NCBI GenBank assembly: GCA_021795355.1
Contig: JAJYPL010000004.1
Coordinates: 1,467-65,466, forward strand
Direction of reading: 5' to 3'
Source of the DNA: a bacterium
GTDB taxonomy: Bacteria > SZUA-79 > Acidulodesulfobacterales > Acidulodesulfobacteraceae
Length of the DNA: 64,000 bases
Part shown: positions 8,183-18,994 of the stretch, one piece after another
How the letters are laid out: every line of letters begins with the position of its first letter
Position numbering within the stretch: the first letter of the stretch is position 1
Position numbers and translations under genes: made by a program
Notes under the pieces: generated by a model
Databases searched by the model: none
Told to the model about the DNA's origin: nothing
Seen by the model: the letters and a program-made list of their open reading frames with translations, nothing else

Positions 8183-8866
8183 TCAGCGTTTTTTCTTTAT
8201 AGCGTTTTCAGTGCCGTTTATAAGTCTTTTAATGTTGGGATAATGTTTATATATTACCAATCCTGCTATTAACATGGACGCCGCAAATATGTATATGTTC
8301 TTTAACGCATAAAATACTATAAACGGCATAAAAAATGCGCTTACTATAGAAGCGAGCGAAACATATTTGGAAGCTAATAAAATCACGGTGAAAACTAAAA
8401 AGGCTATAAGAACGGCTTTAGGAGAAACGGCCAAGAATACTCCGAGGGCGGTAGCGACTCCTTTGCCGCCTTTAAATTTTATAAATGCCGAATAGCAGTG
8501 TCCGATTACCGGCGCTATTATTGCTAAAGAATAAAATATTAAGCAGCCGGTACACTGAATAGACCGGTGAAAATTAAAATCGGCATATTTATATTGGGCG
8601 TTAATTAAAATCGGCGCAAAAAAAACCGGCAAAAAACCTTTCGCTGCGTCGATAGCAAGGGTAATAAGCCCGAACTTTTTGCCTATTACCCTTGATACGT
8701 TCGTAGCGCCGAGGTTTCCGCTGCCTTCTTTAGTCAGGTCGGAAATTCCTTTTATTCTTGCGATTATAGCCGAAGTAGGAAAACTTCCCGCAAGATATGC
8801 AGCCAATATATAAAATATATCTATAATTTCTTTCAGAATATCTGTACCCGCCACGACATTATGCAA
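8183..8866 (-). CDS. plsY: glycerol-3-phosphate acyltransferase PlsY
   Basis: SGNLGATNVSR and KGGKGVAT motifs in a multi-TM protein. Confidence 0.85.
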   Translation of the reverse strand: MHNVVAGTDILKEIIDIFYILAAYLAGSFPTSAIIARIKGISDLTKEGSGNLGATNVSRVIGKKFGLITLAIDAAKGFLPVFFAPILINAQYKYADFNFHRSIQCTGCLIFYSLAIIAPVIGHCYSAFIKFKGGKGVATALGVFLAVSPKAVLIAFLVFTVILLASKYVSLASIVSAFFMPFIVFYALKNIYIFAASMLIAGLVIYKHYPNIKRLINGTENAIKKKR

Positions 8867-9920
8867 CTTTTTCGCCGCAATACGGACAGTATTTTAGTCC
8901 GGGCATAAGAGGTATTTCCATTCCGCATTTTTTGTTCGGACAAATTTTATTGGTATCTAAACCGTTAAGTTTAGCCGTTATCGCTTCACTAAGTTTGTCG
9001 ATAAATTTTTCAAATTTCTTGTCGTCGCCTTTTTTAAAATTCTTTGTGATTTCTTTTATCAAAACGGTATCGTTCTCAAGCCTTTTCTCCAAAGCTTTTT
9101 TGTTTATATGGAAATATACCTTGAATTTATTGATTTCTTTTCTGATTATTATATCTTCATCTATAAATTTTTTAAAACTCTGGCTGATAATCGACGGCGC
9201 AAGTCCTGTTTCTTCTTTAACTTTTTTTGTGGTTATAGGTTTTTTTTCGCCGTTTATATAATATTTTATAATCATGGCGTAAACCATAAATTCCGACGGA
9301 CCCATCAGTTTTATCTGGAAATTTGTGATAAGATATCTGCTCGTCCATAAAGCGAGAGCTATGTAATAAAATTTAAAATAGTTATCTGACTTAAGGAGAA
9401 AATCGTCGAGGTTTTTCGATTGCGCTTCCGTAATTATTTTATTAGTTTTGAGCAGGTTTATAACGCCTTCGATTAATCTGTCTATTATAGGCGTGTCGGA
9501 ATCCGTAAATCCGCAGAATTTTAACGCCTGAACGTTTATTTCGTTAAATTTTTTAAGCTCTGCAAACGGCAGTACGTAATTGGTTTTTCTTTTATCTTCG
9601 TTCAGCGTAGCTTTTTTTATAAGTTTTTCATCCTGAAGTTTTTTAAGAACCGTAGCAAGATGAGGGGTGGAAACATACAGCCTGTTAAGTTCCTTATATG
9701 AAACGATTATGCCGTTTTTTTCGTATTCTTTTTTTTCTTTCGCGGTAGAGTGGGTATATTTATAGGCAAAATAACCGAATACGGTAAATTCGATGTCTGA
9801 TAAGTATGCAACGTCCTTATAGCTTGCCGGTATATTTGTTATCGTATCTTTTATTAATTTCTCCCTGCTTAGAAAAAAAATTGAAAAAAGAATGTAAAGT
9901 TTAGCTTCTAAATTTTTCAT
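8859..9920 (-). CDS. hypothetical protein with two winged-helix (MarR-like) modules and a C-terminal zinc ribbon
   Basis: Two HTH-like segments (SYKELNRLYVSTPHLATVLKKL and KVKEETGLAPSIISQSFKKF). C-terminal CPNKKC...CPYC. Its stop overlaps the plsY start by 8 nt. Confidence 0.4.
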   Translation of the reverse strand: MKNLEAKLYILFSIFFLSREKLIKDTITNIPASYKDVAYLSDIEFTVFGYFAYKYTHSTAKEKKEYEKNGIIVSYKELNRLYVSTPHLATVLKKLQDEKLIKKATLNEDKRKTNYVLPFAELKKFNEINVQALKFCGFTDSDTPIIDRLIEGVINLLKTNKIITEAQSKNLDDFLLKSDNYFKFYYIALALWTSRYLITNFQIKLMGPSEFMVYAMIIKYYINGEKKPITTKKVKEETGLAPSIISQSFKKFIDEDIIIRKEINKFKVYFHINKKALEKRLENDTVLIKEITKNFKKGDDKKFEKFIDKLSEAITAKLNGLDTNKICPNKKCGMEIPLMPGLKYCPYCGEKVA

Positions 9921-10094
9921 TTAATTTAAATCTCCTTTATGATTAATTATTGCATTAATTTTATAAATTTTAAAAATACGTAAATTATTAAAGTATAATT
10001 TAGTATTACATATATTTTTGTACATTATAATATTTTCTTTTACTGATGTAAAGAAAAATTTGTATTTTTTTAACGGATATAATAAAATAAACAA

Positions 10095-11420
10095 ATGAGC
10101 AAAAATAACGAATATACCGACGAACTTGATTTTTTTATCGAAAAATACGGGCGCGATATAAATCCCGAAGCTATAATAAAAGAAGATATATTAAGGCAGG
10201 GGATTTCTTTCGGCGACGTCGATCAGGAAGAAAACTTTTCCGGCAAATCCTATTTTATTTTTTCGTTTAACGTCGATAACGACGGAGACGTAATTAATAA
10301 AAAGTATCCGGAAGAAATAGCCCTGATTAACGGGCCGTATAACCTCAGGCGCACTATTATATCCGTAAGAATCAATAAAACATCCCCGTATTCGGTGCTT
10401 TACGATAAAGAGTCTAAAGGTTACAAGATATACAAATACAAAGGAAAAGACCTCGATTATATAGGGGACGTGCTTTTTTCTCCCGAAAAATCTTATATGC
10501 TTAAAAAAACGGAATCGGGAAAATCAGTCCGCGACGCCGCGCCAACTATAGAATGGGGATACTTGATATATCTTGCGGTATTCAGGATGTGCCAGTATTT
10601 CGAAGACGGCAGCGAATGCGCATTCTGCGATATGAATTCCAATTATTTAAACCAGAAAAAATCCAATAAAAATTATTCCGCCGTAAAATCGGTAGAAGAC
10701 ATTTTAAGCGCCCTGTCTATTATATCGGATGCGGACGATTCGAATGCCGGCGCATATACCCTGACGGGCGGAAGCATTATAGACGAAATTAAATTTAAAG
10801 GCGATACCGAAATAGATTTTTACGTAAGATTTCTTGAGGCTATAGAGGATAAATTTAAAGGCAGATGGATCAGCAAAGTCGTCGTTCAGGCGCATACCAA
10901 AGAAAATTTAATGCGCCTTAAAAACGCCGGCGCCTACATATATCATACAAATTTTGAAGTATGGGATAAAAATCTTTTCGATAAAATATGTCCCGGAAAA
11001 TCTAAATTTATCGGGAGGGACGAGTGGATAAACAGGATAATAGATGCAGTATCGGTATTCGGAGAATATAAAGTTATACCTAATTTCGTAGCAGGAGTCG
11101 AACTTTCTAAGCCTTACGGTTTTGCCGATATCGACGAAGCCGTCAATTCGACCGCCGAGGGGCTTGATTTTTTTATGTCGAAAGGGGTAATGCCGAGATA
11201 CACTACATGGTGTCCTGAAAAAACGAGCAGGCTTGGGAAAATGGGGAATACTTCGGCGCCGCTTGAGTACTATGTAAAACTTTTGATGAAATGGCACGAA
11301 CTGCATTACAAGTACGGTCTGCCGGTTCCGGAAGGCTACGGCGAAGCCGGAGCAGGAAAAGCCGAATTTTCGGTCAGCGCATTTATGGACGCTTTTAAGT
11401 CAGAAGACCTTAATTTGTGA
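10095..11420 (+). CDS. radical-SAM-like protein with atypical cysteine spacing (function unknown)
   Basis: 441 aa. The only clustered cysteines are MCQYFEDGSECAFCDM (CX8CX2C). A downstream LTGGS motif and a TIM-barrel-like pattern are present. The family assignment is tentative. Confidence 0.4.
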   Translation: MSKNNEYTDELDFFIEKYGRDINPEAIIKEDILRQGISFGDVDQEENFSGKSYFIFSFNVDNDGDVINKKYPEEIALINGPYNLRRTIISVRINKTSPYSVLYDKESKGYKIYKYKGKDLDYIGDVLFSPEKSYMLKKTESGKSVRDAAPTIEWGYLIYLAVFRMCQYFEDGSECAFCDMNSNYLNQKKSNKNYSAVKSVEDILSALSIISDADDSNAGAYTLTGGSIIDEIKFKGDTEIDFYVRFLEAIEDKFKGRWISKVVVQAHTKENLMRLKNAGAYIYHTNFEVWDKNLFDKICPGKSKFIGRDEWINRIIDAVSVFGEYKVIPNFVAGVELSKPYGFADIDEAVNSTAEGLDFFMSKGVMPRYTTWCPEKTSRLGKMGNTSAPLEYYVKLLMKWHELHYKYGLPVPEGYGEAGAGKAEFSVSAFMDAFKSEDLNL

Positions 11421-11421
11421 C

Positions 11422-11446
11422 GGGGACAGAATTCAATTCTGTCCCC
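11422..11446. repeat. GGGGACAGAATTCAATTCTGTCCCC palindromic hairpin (terminator-like), copy 1 of 2
   Basis: Perfect 12-bp arms directly after the stop codon. A near-identical copy lies at 62021-62047. Confidence 0.7.
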
Positions 11447-11457
11447 GTATTTTAAGA

Positions 11458-11545
11458 GGAAAAGGTGTCAGATATTATTTTCCGCATACGAAAAAGTGAA
11501 GTAATATGAAAGTTGCTTGCGGAAAATTAATCTGACACCTTTTCC
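11458..11545. repeat. AAAGGTGTCAGAT...TTTTCCG inverted-repeat element, copy A
   Basis: ~28-bp arms (11458-11486 and 11518-11545) around a ~31-nt loop. The same arms recur at 43397, 59799 and 62065, and in short form at 13057. Confidence 0.75.
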
Positions 11546-11699
11546 GTTGAAAATTCTTACAAAATATGATATTATAAATAATGTTATATAGATATATAAA
11601 TATTTATATAATATCTAAAGCTAAAGCGCATTAAGGATTTAAAAGCAAAAAGATTAAAAGAGCATAATAAATTAATTAATTTAACAAGAGAGGTTATTT

Positions 11700-12674
11700 A
11701 TGAACAATGAATTCAGAGACGACGAAATGGACGGAAATAAAGATTACTACGAAGAAGGCGCAGATTCCTGCGGCTGCGGAAGCGGCGACGACGGGGAAGA
11801 TTCCTGCGGCTGCGGCGGAGGAGACGAAGAAGAGGATTCTTCCTGCGGCTGCGGCGGCGGACACGGGCATGAAAGCAAAAATCCCTTCGACGACCAGTCT
11901 CCCATAGGCGGAGTTAAAAATATCATAGCGGTCGCAAGCGGAAAAGGCGGCGTCGGCAAATCTACTTTTAGCGTAAACTTGGCGATAACGCTTGCAAAGC
12001 AGGGTAAAAAAGTCGGGCTTTTGGACGCAGACCTTTACGGTCCGAGCATTCCTATGATGATGGGAATAAATAAAAGACCGGACATTACTTCCAGCAATAA
12101 AATTGTGCCCCTTGAAAAATTCGGAATTAAACTTATGTCTTTAGGATTTTTAATTCCCGACGACGCTCCGGCTATTTGGAGAGGCCCTGTAGTAATGCAG
12201 GTTATAACGCAGTTTTTAAAAGACGTCGAATGGGGGGAAATCGATTTCTTGGTAGTAGATCTTCCTCCGGGCACCGGCGATATTCAGCTTACTTTAGTTC
12301 AGACGGTTCCTATAAATTTTGCCATAGTGGTTTCGACCCCGCAGGATATTTCCCTTATCGATGCAAAGAAAGCCCTTGCGATGTTCGATAAAGTCAACGT
12401 TCCCGTTTTTGGTCTGGTCGAAAATATGAGCTATTTTATATGTCCTCACTGCAATAAACGTTCCGATATATTTAAACACGGCGGAGCAAAAGCGGCTGCA
12501 GAAAAACTCGGCGTGAATTTCCTTGGAGAAATACCGATAGTAGAAGAAATCTGCGAACTTTCGGACAAAGGAGAACCTATAATGACGAAAGATATTCATC
12601 CTGAAGTTCAGAGCGTGTTTAACAAGATATCGGATTCATTGGTTTTAAGGGCAGAACAGAGAGTTGTTGCATAA
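11700..12674 (+). CDS. apbC: Mrp/NBP35/ApbC-family Fe-S cluster carrier ATPase with a Cys-Gly-Asp/Glu repeat N-terminal extension
   Basis: Deviant Walker A ASGKGGVGKST. CPHC motif (YFICPHCNK). The N-terminus carries three DSCGCG units. Confidence 0.85.
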   Translation: MNNEFRDDEMDGNKDYYEEGADSCGCGSGDDGEDSCGCGGGDEEEDSSCGCGGGHGHESKNPFDDQSPIGGVKNIIAVASGKGGVGKSTFSVNLAITLAKQGKKVGLLDADLYGPSIPMMMGINKRPDITSSNKIVPLEKFGIKLMSLGFLIPDDAPAIWRGPVVMQVITQFLKDVEWGEIDFLVVDLPPGTGDIQLTLVQTVPINFAIVVSTPQDISLIDAKKALAMFDKVNVPVFGLVENMSYFICPHCNKRSDIFKHGGAKAAAEKLGVNFLGEIPIVEEICELSDKGEPIMTKDIHPEVQSVFNKISDSLVLRAEQRVVA

Positions 12675-12706
12675 AAAATATAAATCTATTAAGGAGGATT
12701 TACTAA

Positions 12707-13042
12707 ATGTCTTCAGAAAAAGTTTTAGCGTTTACCGATTCAAATTTTGATTCGGAAGTTTTAAAATCCGACAAACCGGTACTCGTCGATTTTTGGGCGG
12801 TATGGTGCGCTCCCTGCAGAGCCGTTGCGCCTATAATAGACGAAATAGCTTCCGATTACGACGGTAAAATTAAAGTAGGCAAAGTTAACGTCGACGAAAA
12901 TCAGATTATTCCAGGCAAATACGGTATAAGAGGCATCCCCACCGTCATCCTGTTTAATAAAGGGCAGATAGCAGACCAGATAGTCGGGGCCGCTCCGAAA
13001 GGTTCATTTAAGCAGCTGATAGATAAAGTTATTGGAAATTAA
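12707..13042 (+). CDS. trxA: thioredoxin
   Basis: 111 aa. [12 protein letters not shown] active site (WCAPC variant) and GIRGIPT. Confidence 0.85.
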   Translation: MSSEKVLAFTDSNFDSEVLKSDKPVLVDFWAVWCAPCRAVAPIIDEIASDYDGKIKVGKVNVDENQIIPGKYGIRGIPTVILFNKGQIADQIVGAAPKGSFKQLIDKVIGN

Positions 13043-13056
13043 GAAAAAAGTCTGAA

Positions 13057-13090
13057 AAAAAGGTGTCGGATTTATTTTCCGACACCTTTT
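13057..13090. terminator. bidirectional hairpin terminator, short member of the GGTGTC(A/G)GA repeat family
   Basis: aaaaggtgtcgga / tccgacacctttt 13-bp stem flanked by an A-run and a T-run. Lies between convergent trxA and the CNNM gene. Confidence 0.7.
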
Positions 13091-13109
13091 TTGTTTTTTC
13101 TTTTTAAAA

Positions 13110-14372
13110 TCAGAAACTTATTATCACTTCTTTGATTGACTTGCTCGTGGCTTTGGAAACCGTAAAATTTATGTTGTCTATGGTAAATTTTTCGCCGGAA
13201 ACGGGTATACGCCCAAGACGGTCCATTATTAAACCGGATACCGTTTCATATTCCGCTTCTTCGTTGTTTAAGGCGCTTAAGTTAAAAATCTCCGATAATT
13301 CGTCTAAAGTTAACCGCGCATTTATCAGATAGGTATTTTTACCTATTTTTTTGTACATCGCTACTTCTTCGTCGGTTTCGTCCCTTATCTCGCCGACGAT
13401 TTCTTCAAGAATATCTTCAAAAGTAATTATTCCTGATGCACCTCCGTACTCGTCCACTACTACGACCATCTGCTGGCGGCTTTTTTGCATTTTCAGCATT
13501 ATATTGGTTATCTTCAGAGTTTCGGGAATAAATAAAACCGGTTTGGCAATCTCTCCTACGACTTTTTCTGCATTTTTCGGATTAAATACGTCGAAAGCAA
13601 AAACTAAACTCGAAATATTATCGATGCGTTCCGAATAAACTGGAATTCTGGAATAGCTGGTGTCTGCAAAAATCTGCCTTGCTTTGTCTATGCCGTCGTT
13701 TTCGTTAAGGGCTATAACGTTTATTAACGGAATCATAACGTCCTTTGCCGTTTTGCCGCCGAACTCGAATATCCTTTTTATTATTTTTTTGTCGTATTCT
13801 TTAAATTCTTCTATATTGCCGCTTATCGTAAGAACTTTTATAAGTTCGTCTTTCGTTAGAAAAACGTTTTTGGACTTGCTTTTAAAGATTAAATTTAAAA
13901 TTTTTGAGAAACCTATAAAAATTATATTAATCGGAAAAAATATTAAGGAGAAAAAGGCAATAAACGGAATGCTTTTAAGCATAAGGCTGTTTGCATGCCG
14001 CCTGTATATCATTTTAGGAATAATTTCTCCGAAAATAACCATAATAGGCGTAAGAATAACGGCGACTATAATAGGAGTGTAAGACTTTGCATATGCGTAA
14101 ATTATGGACGTCGCAAGAATAGTAGCCGTGGTGTATGCAAAATTATTTCCGATTAAAGACGTAGAAAAAGTGCTTTCCGGCTTTCTGGTCATTGCAAGCA
14201 GAAATTTAGCAAGCCTGTTTCCGCCGGCTTCTTTATGCTTAATCTTTATTTTATCGTAGCTTATGATGCCGATTTCCGATCCCGCGAAAAAACCCTCTAA
14301 AATTATTGCGCCGATAATAACGGCTATATAAATATAAGCGCCGTTTAAAATATTACTGAACGTCATATTCAT
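13110..14372 (-). CDS. CNNM/TlyC-family transporter (DUF21 + CBS pair + CorC_HlyC)
   Basis: N-terminal 4-TM DUF21 with GEIIPK. CBS region. C-terminal ETVSGLI...G..P motif. Confidence 0.75.
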   Translation of the reverse strand: MNMTFSNILNGAYIYIAVIIGAIILEGFFAGSEIGIISYDKIKIKHKEAGGNRLAKFLLAMTRKPESTFSTSLIGNNFAYTTATILATSIIYAYAKSYTPIIVAVILTPIMVIFGEIIPKMIYRRHANSLMLKSIPFIAFFSLIFFPINIIFIGFSKILNLIFKSKSKNVFLTKDELIKVLTISGNIEEFKEYDKKIIKRIFEFGGKTAKDVMIPLINVIALNENDGIDKARQIFADTSYSRIPVYSERIDNISSLVFAFDVFNPKNAEKVVGEIAKPVLFIPETLKITNIMLKMQKSRQQMVVVVDEYGGASGIITFEDILEEIVGEIRDETDEEVAMYKKIGKNTYLINARLTLDELSEIFNLSALNNEEAEYETVSGLIMDRLGRIPVSGEKFTIDNINFTVSKATSKSIKEVIISF

Positions 14373-15324
14373 CCTCTATTTCGCCGAAAATTTCTTCCAG
14401 CAGATCCTCCATGGTAATTATGCCTTTCATTTTTCCGTATTCATCCACGATTACGGCCATATGAATTTTTTTCTTTTGCAGTTCCCTGAAAAGTTCCAGC
14501 GCATTTTTAGAGCCTGGAATAAAATAAGGCTTAATCATAAAGGAATTGAGCGTTCTTTTTGCTTCGCTCTTATTATATACTTTAGACAGTATGTTTTTTG
14601 ATAAAATTATCCCTATTATATTGTCTTTTTCCCTAAAATATATCGGAATTCTTGAAAAATGATAAGATTCTATCAATTCTACCGCGGCGGATACCGGAGT
14701 TCCGACGTCTAATTCAAACACGGCATCTTTTTTAGTCATAATATTAGAGGCTTTCAAGTAAGAAAGTTTAAGGAAATTTTTTATAAATTCATATTCTTTC
14801 TCTTTAATTTCACCCTCGTTTCTGCCTATTTCTATGATAGTTCTAAGCTCTTCGTTAGATATGGATTCTTCTTTTTTAAGCTGGAGTCTTTTTCCTTTAA
14901 GCCCCGTTTTTTGTATAAACGACCCCGCAAAATATACTGCCCCGTAAAATATTTCGGAAACGAACAGGGAAAGTTCTATCGGTTTTTTTAGCGCTACTAT
15001 TTTTGGAATTATTTCAGCGATAATAATCAGTATAAGCGATATAAAAATAATAGAATAAATTACCGGTATATTTTTAAAATAAATATTTAAAATTATAGAC
15101 CCTATGCTTGCGGTTATAACGTTTGCGGTCATATTTCCGATAAGGATAATTACCAGAAATATAGACGAATTTCTTATCAAAAATATAACTTTGTTTTTTT
15201 TTCTTAAATTCAATTCGTCGATATCGGTTTGATTAAGAGAAAATATCGACGACTCCGAAATGGAAAAAACCGAAGATACAGCCAAAAATAAAATGAATAA
15301 AAATAAAAAAAGTAATAAATCCAT
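14353..15324 (-). CDS. DUF21 + CBS-domain membrane protein (CNNM paralog lacking the CorC C-terminal domain)
   Basis: AEIIPK motif in the TM region, then a CBS pair. Overlaps the downstream paralog by 20 nt. Confidence 0.7.
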   Translation of the reverse strand: MDLLLFLFLFILFLAVSSVFSISESSIFSLNQTDIDELNLRKKNKVIFLIRNSSIFLVIILIGNMTANVITASIGSIILNIYFKNIPVIYSIIFISLILIIIAEIIPKIVALKKPIELSLFVSEIFYGAVYFAGSFIQKTGLKGKRLQLKKEESISNEELRTIIEIGRNEGEIKEKEYEFIKNFLKLSYLKASNIMTKKDAVFELDVGTPVSAAVELIESYHFSRIPIYFREKDNIIGIILSKNILSKVYNKSEAKRTLNSFMIKPYFIPGSKNALELFRELQKKKIHMAVIVDEYGKMKGIITMEDLLEEIFGEIEDEYDVQ

Positions 15325-15337
15325 ATTATATTATTTA

Positions 15338-16372
15338 TTATAGATGCCTGAAAGTATGATCTTCAGGGTTGAAAACCTTGCCGTCTTTTATTAAGGTAAG
15401 TTTTGCGTTTTTTTCGTTTATAAAACCTATTTTTTTTATCTTATTTCCGCATGAATCTTCAAGCTCCGCAATTTCGTCCGCTGTGTATTCCCTGTTGAAA
15501 GTCCACAAAAGTTCGTAATCTTCGCCGAAAGAAATTATATCGTCCATATAGTTTTTTATGTTTAAAATACCGGCTATTTTTTTAAGCCCGTCATTGACCG
15601 GTATATCTTCGACGTTTATGCGGCATCCGCATCCTTTCCCCGCTACGTTAAAAATATCTTTGTAAATTCCGTCGCTTATATCGGTCAAAGAACCGGCAAG
15701 TTTTTTTGTATATAATTTTCTGCCTAAATTTATTCTCGGTTTAGGCAGTTTATATTTATTTATAAAATCCGTTATTAATTTTTTATCCGATGCTTTAAGA
15801 CCATGTTTGTTTTTAAATATATAATCTTTATTGGAATTAAGATAAAAAGCCATCCATGAGTTTCCTATTTCCCCGGATACATATACCGCATCCCCTTTTT
15901 TAGAACCGAATCTTTTAATGCCTGCGCCTTCGCAGTCGCCTATAATCGTAATAGATACGGAAAGTTCGGATGCCGAGGAAATATTTCCGCCTATCAGGGA
16001 TACCCCGTATTTTTTTGCTTCTTCTATAACGCCTTTAATAAGGGATTTAATATCGGAGGTGCATAAGTATGGAGGAATAAAAAGGGACAAAAGAAACAAT
16101 CGGGGAATTCCGCCCATAGCGGCGATATCGCTAAGATTTACAAGAAGTGATTTTTTGCCTATTTCTTGAAAATCATACAAATCCAAGCTGAAATGAACGT
16201 TTTCCGTAATATTGTCGGAACTTAGAAGAATTTTCTTTTTATCTTCTATAACGGCGCAATCGTCCCCGATAGATTCTACTATTAAATTTTTATTAAAGCT
16301 TTGAGTTTCTAAGCCGGCTTTTTCAATGTATTTTATTAATTCCGACTCGTTAAACTTTTCTTTTTTTATCAC
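15338..16372 (-). CDS. thiL: thiamine-monophosphate kinase
   Basis: AIR-synthase-like fold motifs IGDDCAV and DISDG. Length 344 aa. Confidence 0.75.
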   Translation of the reverse strand: MIKKEKFNESELIKYIEKAGLETQSFNKNLIVESIGDDCAVIEDKKKILLSSDNITENVHFSLDLYDFQEIGKKSLLVNLSDIAAMGGIPRLFLLSLFIPPYLCTSDIKSLIKGVIEEAKKYGVSLIGGNISSASELSVSITIIGDCEGAGIKRFGSKKGDAVYVSGEIGNSWMAFYLNSNKDYIFKNKHGLKASDKKLITDFINKYKLPKPRINLGRKLYTKKLAGSLTDISDGIYKDIFNVAGKGCGCRINVEDIPVNDGLKKIAGILNIKNYMDDIISFGEDYELLWTFNREYTADEIAELEDSCGNKIKKIGFINEKNAKLTLIKDGKVFNPEDHTFRHL

Positions 16373-18905
16373 CCTTTTTGGAAGTATTTGTTTTTTTAGT
16401 TTTAGTTTTGGTTTTGACGCCGTCGGAAGATTCGTTTAAATCCGAAGCATTAGTATTCTTAGAATCTACGCCGATTATTGCATATTTCACTACTTCGTCC
16501 ATATGCTTGACCGGAATAAATTTAAGATTTTTCTTAACTAATTGAGAAATATCTTCCAGATCTTTTTTATTTCTTTCGGGTATAAGAATTGTTTTTATTC
16601 CGGCCCTCAAAGCGGCTAACGACTTTTCTTTTAATCCGCCGATAGGCAGGACGTTGCCTCTAAGCGTAATTTCGCCCGTCATTGCAATATCTTTTCTTAC
16701 CGGTTTTTTAAGTACCGCCGAAATTAAAGAGGTCGCCATAGTAATTCCTGCGGACGGACCGTCTTTAGGGATAGCCCCTTCCGGTATGTGGATATGTATA
16801 TCGTGTTTTTCGAAAGTATCGGTTTTAATCCCCAGCTCGTCGGCTTTAGACCTTGCGTAGCTGACTGCGGCATGCGCCGATTCTTTCATGACGTCGCCGA
16901 GCTGTCCCGTAAGCGAAACACCGCCCTTTCCTTTAACTAATATCGTTTCTATATAAAGGACTTCGCCGCCGTAAGGAGTCCATGCAAGTCCCGTAGCGAC
17001 TCCTATTTCGTCCTTCTGTCTTTCTTCGTCGGGGAGTATTTTAATTACGCCGAGATATTTATGTATATTTTTATCCGTTATAATATATTTTTTTATTTTA
17101 TTTTCGGCGATATTTCTCGCTACTTTACGGCATACCGTACCGATTTCCCTTTCTAAATTTCTTAAACCGGCCTCTCGCGTGTACCCTGCAATAATAGTTC
17201 TTAAGGCGCTTTGTTTAATTTCTATATATTCTTTTTTTAAACCGTTTTCCTTAATCTGTCTCGGTATAAGATATTTTTCCGCTATCTTTTCCTTTTCTTC
17301 CTGAGTGTAGCCGGAAAGATTTATAATCTCCATTCTGTCTCTTAAAGGGGAAGGTATAGTGTCGGCAACGTTTGCGGTTGCTACGAACATAACGTTAGAC
17401 AAATCGAAGGGAACGTTTAAATAGTGGTCGGAGAAACTGGAATTCTGTTCCGGATCCAATACTTCTAAAAGAGCCGAGGAAGGATCGCCCCTAAAATCCG
17501 TGCCGACTTTGTCTATTTCGTCTATCATAAATACGGGATTATTAGTCCCCGCCTGTTTGATTCCCTGGATTATTCTTCCCGGAAGCGCTCCTACGTATGT
17601 TCTTCTGTGTCCTCTTATTTCGGCTTCGTCATGTACACCGCCCAAGGATATTCTGACGAATTTTCTATTCATTGCTTTTGCTATAGATTTTCCGAGAGAA
17701 GTTTTTCCTACGCCGGGAGGTCCTATAAAGCAAAGTATGGGGCCTTTCATTTTTTTGTTCAGTTTTCTGACGCTTAAATATTCGAGGATTCTGTCTTTTA
17801 TTTTTTCTAAGTCGTAATGGTCTTCGTCTAAAATCTCCCTTGCCGTTTTAATATCTAGATTATCTTTTGTTTTTTTAGACCACGGAATATCGCAAAGCCA
17901 TTCTAAATAAGTTTTAATCGTAGAAGCCTCCGCCGCATCCTGATGCATAGATTCTAATCTTGTCAGCTGTTTTTCGGCTTCTTTTAAAACTTCCGGAGGC
18001 ATTTTAGCCGCTTTAATTTTTTCCTGCAGTTCGTTTATTTCCTGAGATTTTTCGTCCGTTTCGCCGAGTTCCTGCTTTATCTGCCTCAGCTGCTCCCTTA
18101 AAAAATAGTCTCTCTGGGTTTTGGTCATTTCTTCTTTCGCCTGAGACTGTATTTTAGCCTGCATTGAAAGAATTTCTATTTCCCTTGCAAGAATATCGTT
18201 AACTTTTTTAAGCCTTTCAATCTGGTTGGTATCTTCCAATATTTTCTGGGATTCTTCTATTTTTAAGCCCATATTGGATGCTACTATATCGGCTAATCTT
18301 CCCGGATTACTAATATTTTCGAGTATAATTAAAATATCCTGCGACGGAAGCCTGCCGAGCGAAACATATTTTTCAAGCTGTTCTTTGACGTTTCTCATTA
18401 AGGCGTCCACGGCGGGAGTAATTTCCGTTACGGGTTCTTCTTTTATTTTAGAAGCTTTTACTAAATAAAAAGGTTTTATCTGGACAAACGTTTCGATTCT
18501 TGCTTTAAGCAGTCCCTGGACTAAAATTTTAACCCTTCCGTCCGGAAGCTTAAGCATTTTCATAATCATTGCGACTACGCCTATGTCGTAAATATCGTTC
18601 TGGGATGGTTCTTCGACGATTATGTCTCTTTGTGCGGACAGCAATATAAGCCTGTCTTTTGAAAGCGCTTCATCCACTGCTTTTATGGATGCTTCTCTTC
18701 CGACGAAAAGAGGAATAATCATAAACGGAAAAAGGACTATATCCCTTACCGGTAAAAGCGGAATTACTTCCGGCAGTTGAATTTCGTCCGGAAGTTCGTG
18801 CTGTTCTATGCTTTCCCCTCTTCCCATAGACGTTTCGCCGGGATTATTTCCCGAATTTTCGGAAAAACTTTCGGAATCGTAAAAGTTTATATAATTATTA
18901 TTCAT
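16350..18905 (-). CDS. lon: ATP-dependent Lon protease
   Basis: N-terminal LON domain, Walker [10 protein letters not shown], catalytic PKDGPSAG. Lys-rich C-terminal tail. Confidence 0.95.
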   Translation of the reverse strand: MNNNYINFYDSESFSENSGNNPGETSMGRGESIEQHELPDEIQLPEVIPLLPVRDIVLFPFMIIPLFVGREASIKAVDEALSKDRLILLSAQRDIIVEEPSQNDIYDIGVVAMIMKMLKLPDGRVKILVQGLLKARIETFVQIKPFYLVKASKIKEEPVTEITPAVDALMRNVKEQLEKYVSLGRLPSQDILIILENISNPGRLADIVASNMGLKIEESQKILEDTNQIERLKKVNDILAREIEILSMQAKIQSQAKEEMTKTQRDYFLREQLRQIKQELGETDEKSQEINELQEKIKAAKMPPEVLKEAEKQLTRLESMHQDAAEASTIKTYLEWLCDIPWSKKTKDNLDIKTAREILDEDHYDLEKIKDRILEYLSVRKLNKKMKGPILCFIGPPGVGKTSLGKSIAKAMNRKFVRISLGGVHDEAEIRGHRRTYVGALPGRIIQGIKQAGTNNPVFMIDEIDKVGTDFRGDPSSALLEVLDPEQNSSFSDHYLNVPFDLSNVMFVATANVADTIPSPLRDRMEIINLSGYTQEEKEKIAEKYLIPRQIKENGLKKEYIEIKQSALRTIIAGYTREAGLRNLEREIGTVCRKVARNIAENKIKKYIITDKNIHKYLGVIKILPDEERQKDEIGVATGLAWTPYGGEVLYIETILVKGKGGVSLTGQLGDVMKESAHAAVSYARSKADELGIKTDTFEKHDIHIHIPEGAIPKDGPSAGITMATSLISAVLKKPVRKDIAMTGEITLRGNVLPIGGLKEKSLAALRAGIKTILIPERNKKDLEDISQLVKKNLKFIPVKHMDEVVKYAIIGVDSKNTNASDLNESSDGVKTKTKTKKTNTSKKGDKKRKV

Positions 18906-18994
18906 GTGTTATCTCCTGTAGTATTGCCGTATTTTAAAGGCAATATAGATATATTTATTGTATCATATTTTTGCCGTAATTACTCTAAATTTTT

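Noticed and set aside
11707-11959. Alternate-frame and antisense ORFs (66 aa and 70 aa, Ala/Pro/Ser-rich) at the 5' end of mrp.
   Set aside because: They arise from the GC-rich 36-bp tandem repeat that encodes the DSCGCG units. The Mrp frame continues into a clear P-loop ATPase.
12790-12830. Thioredoxin active site WCAPC instead of the textbook WCGPC.
   Set aside because: This is a known natural variant among thioredoxins. It is not enough on its own to suggest unusual function.
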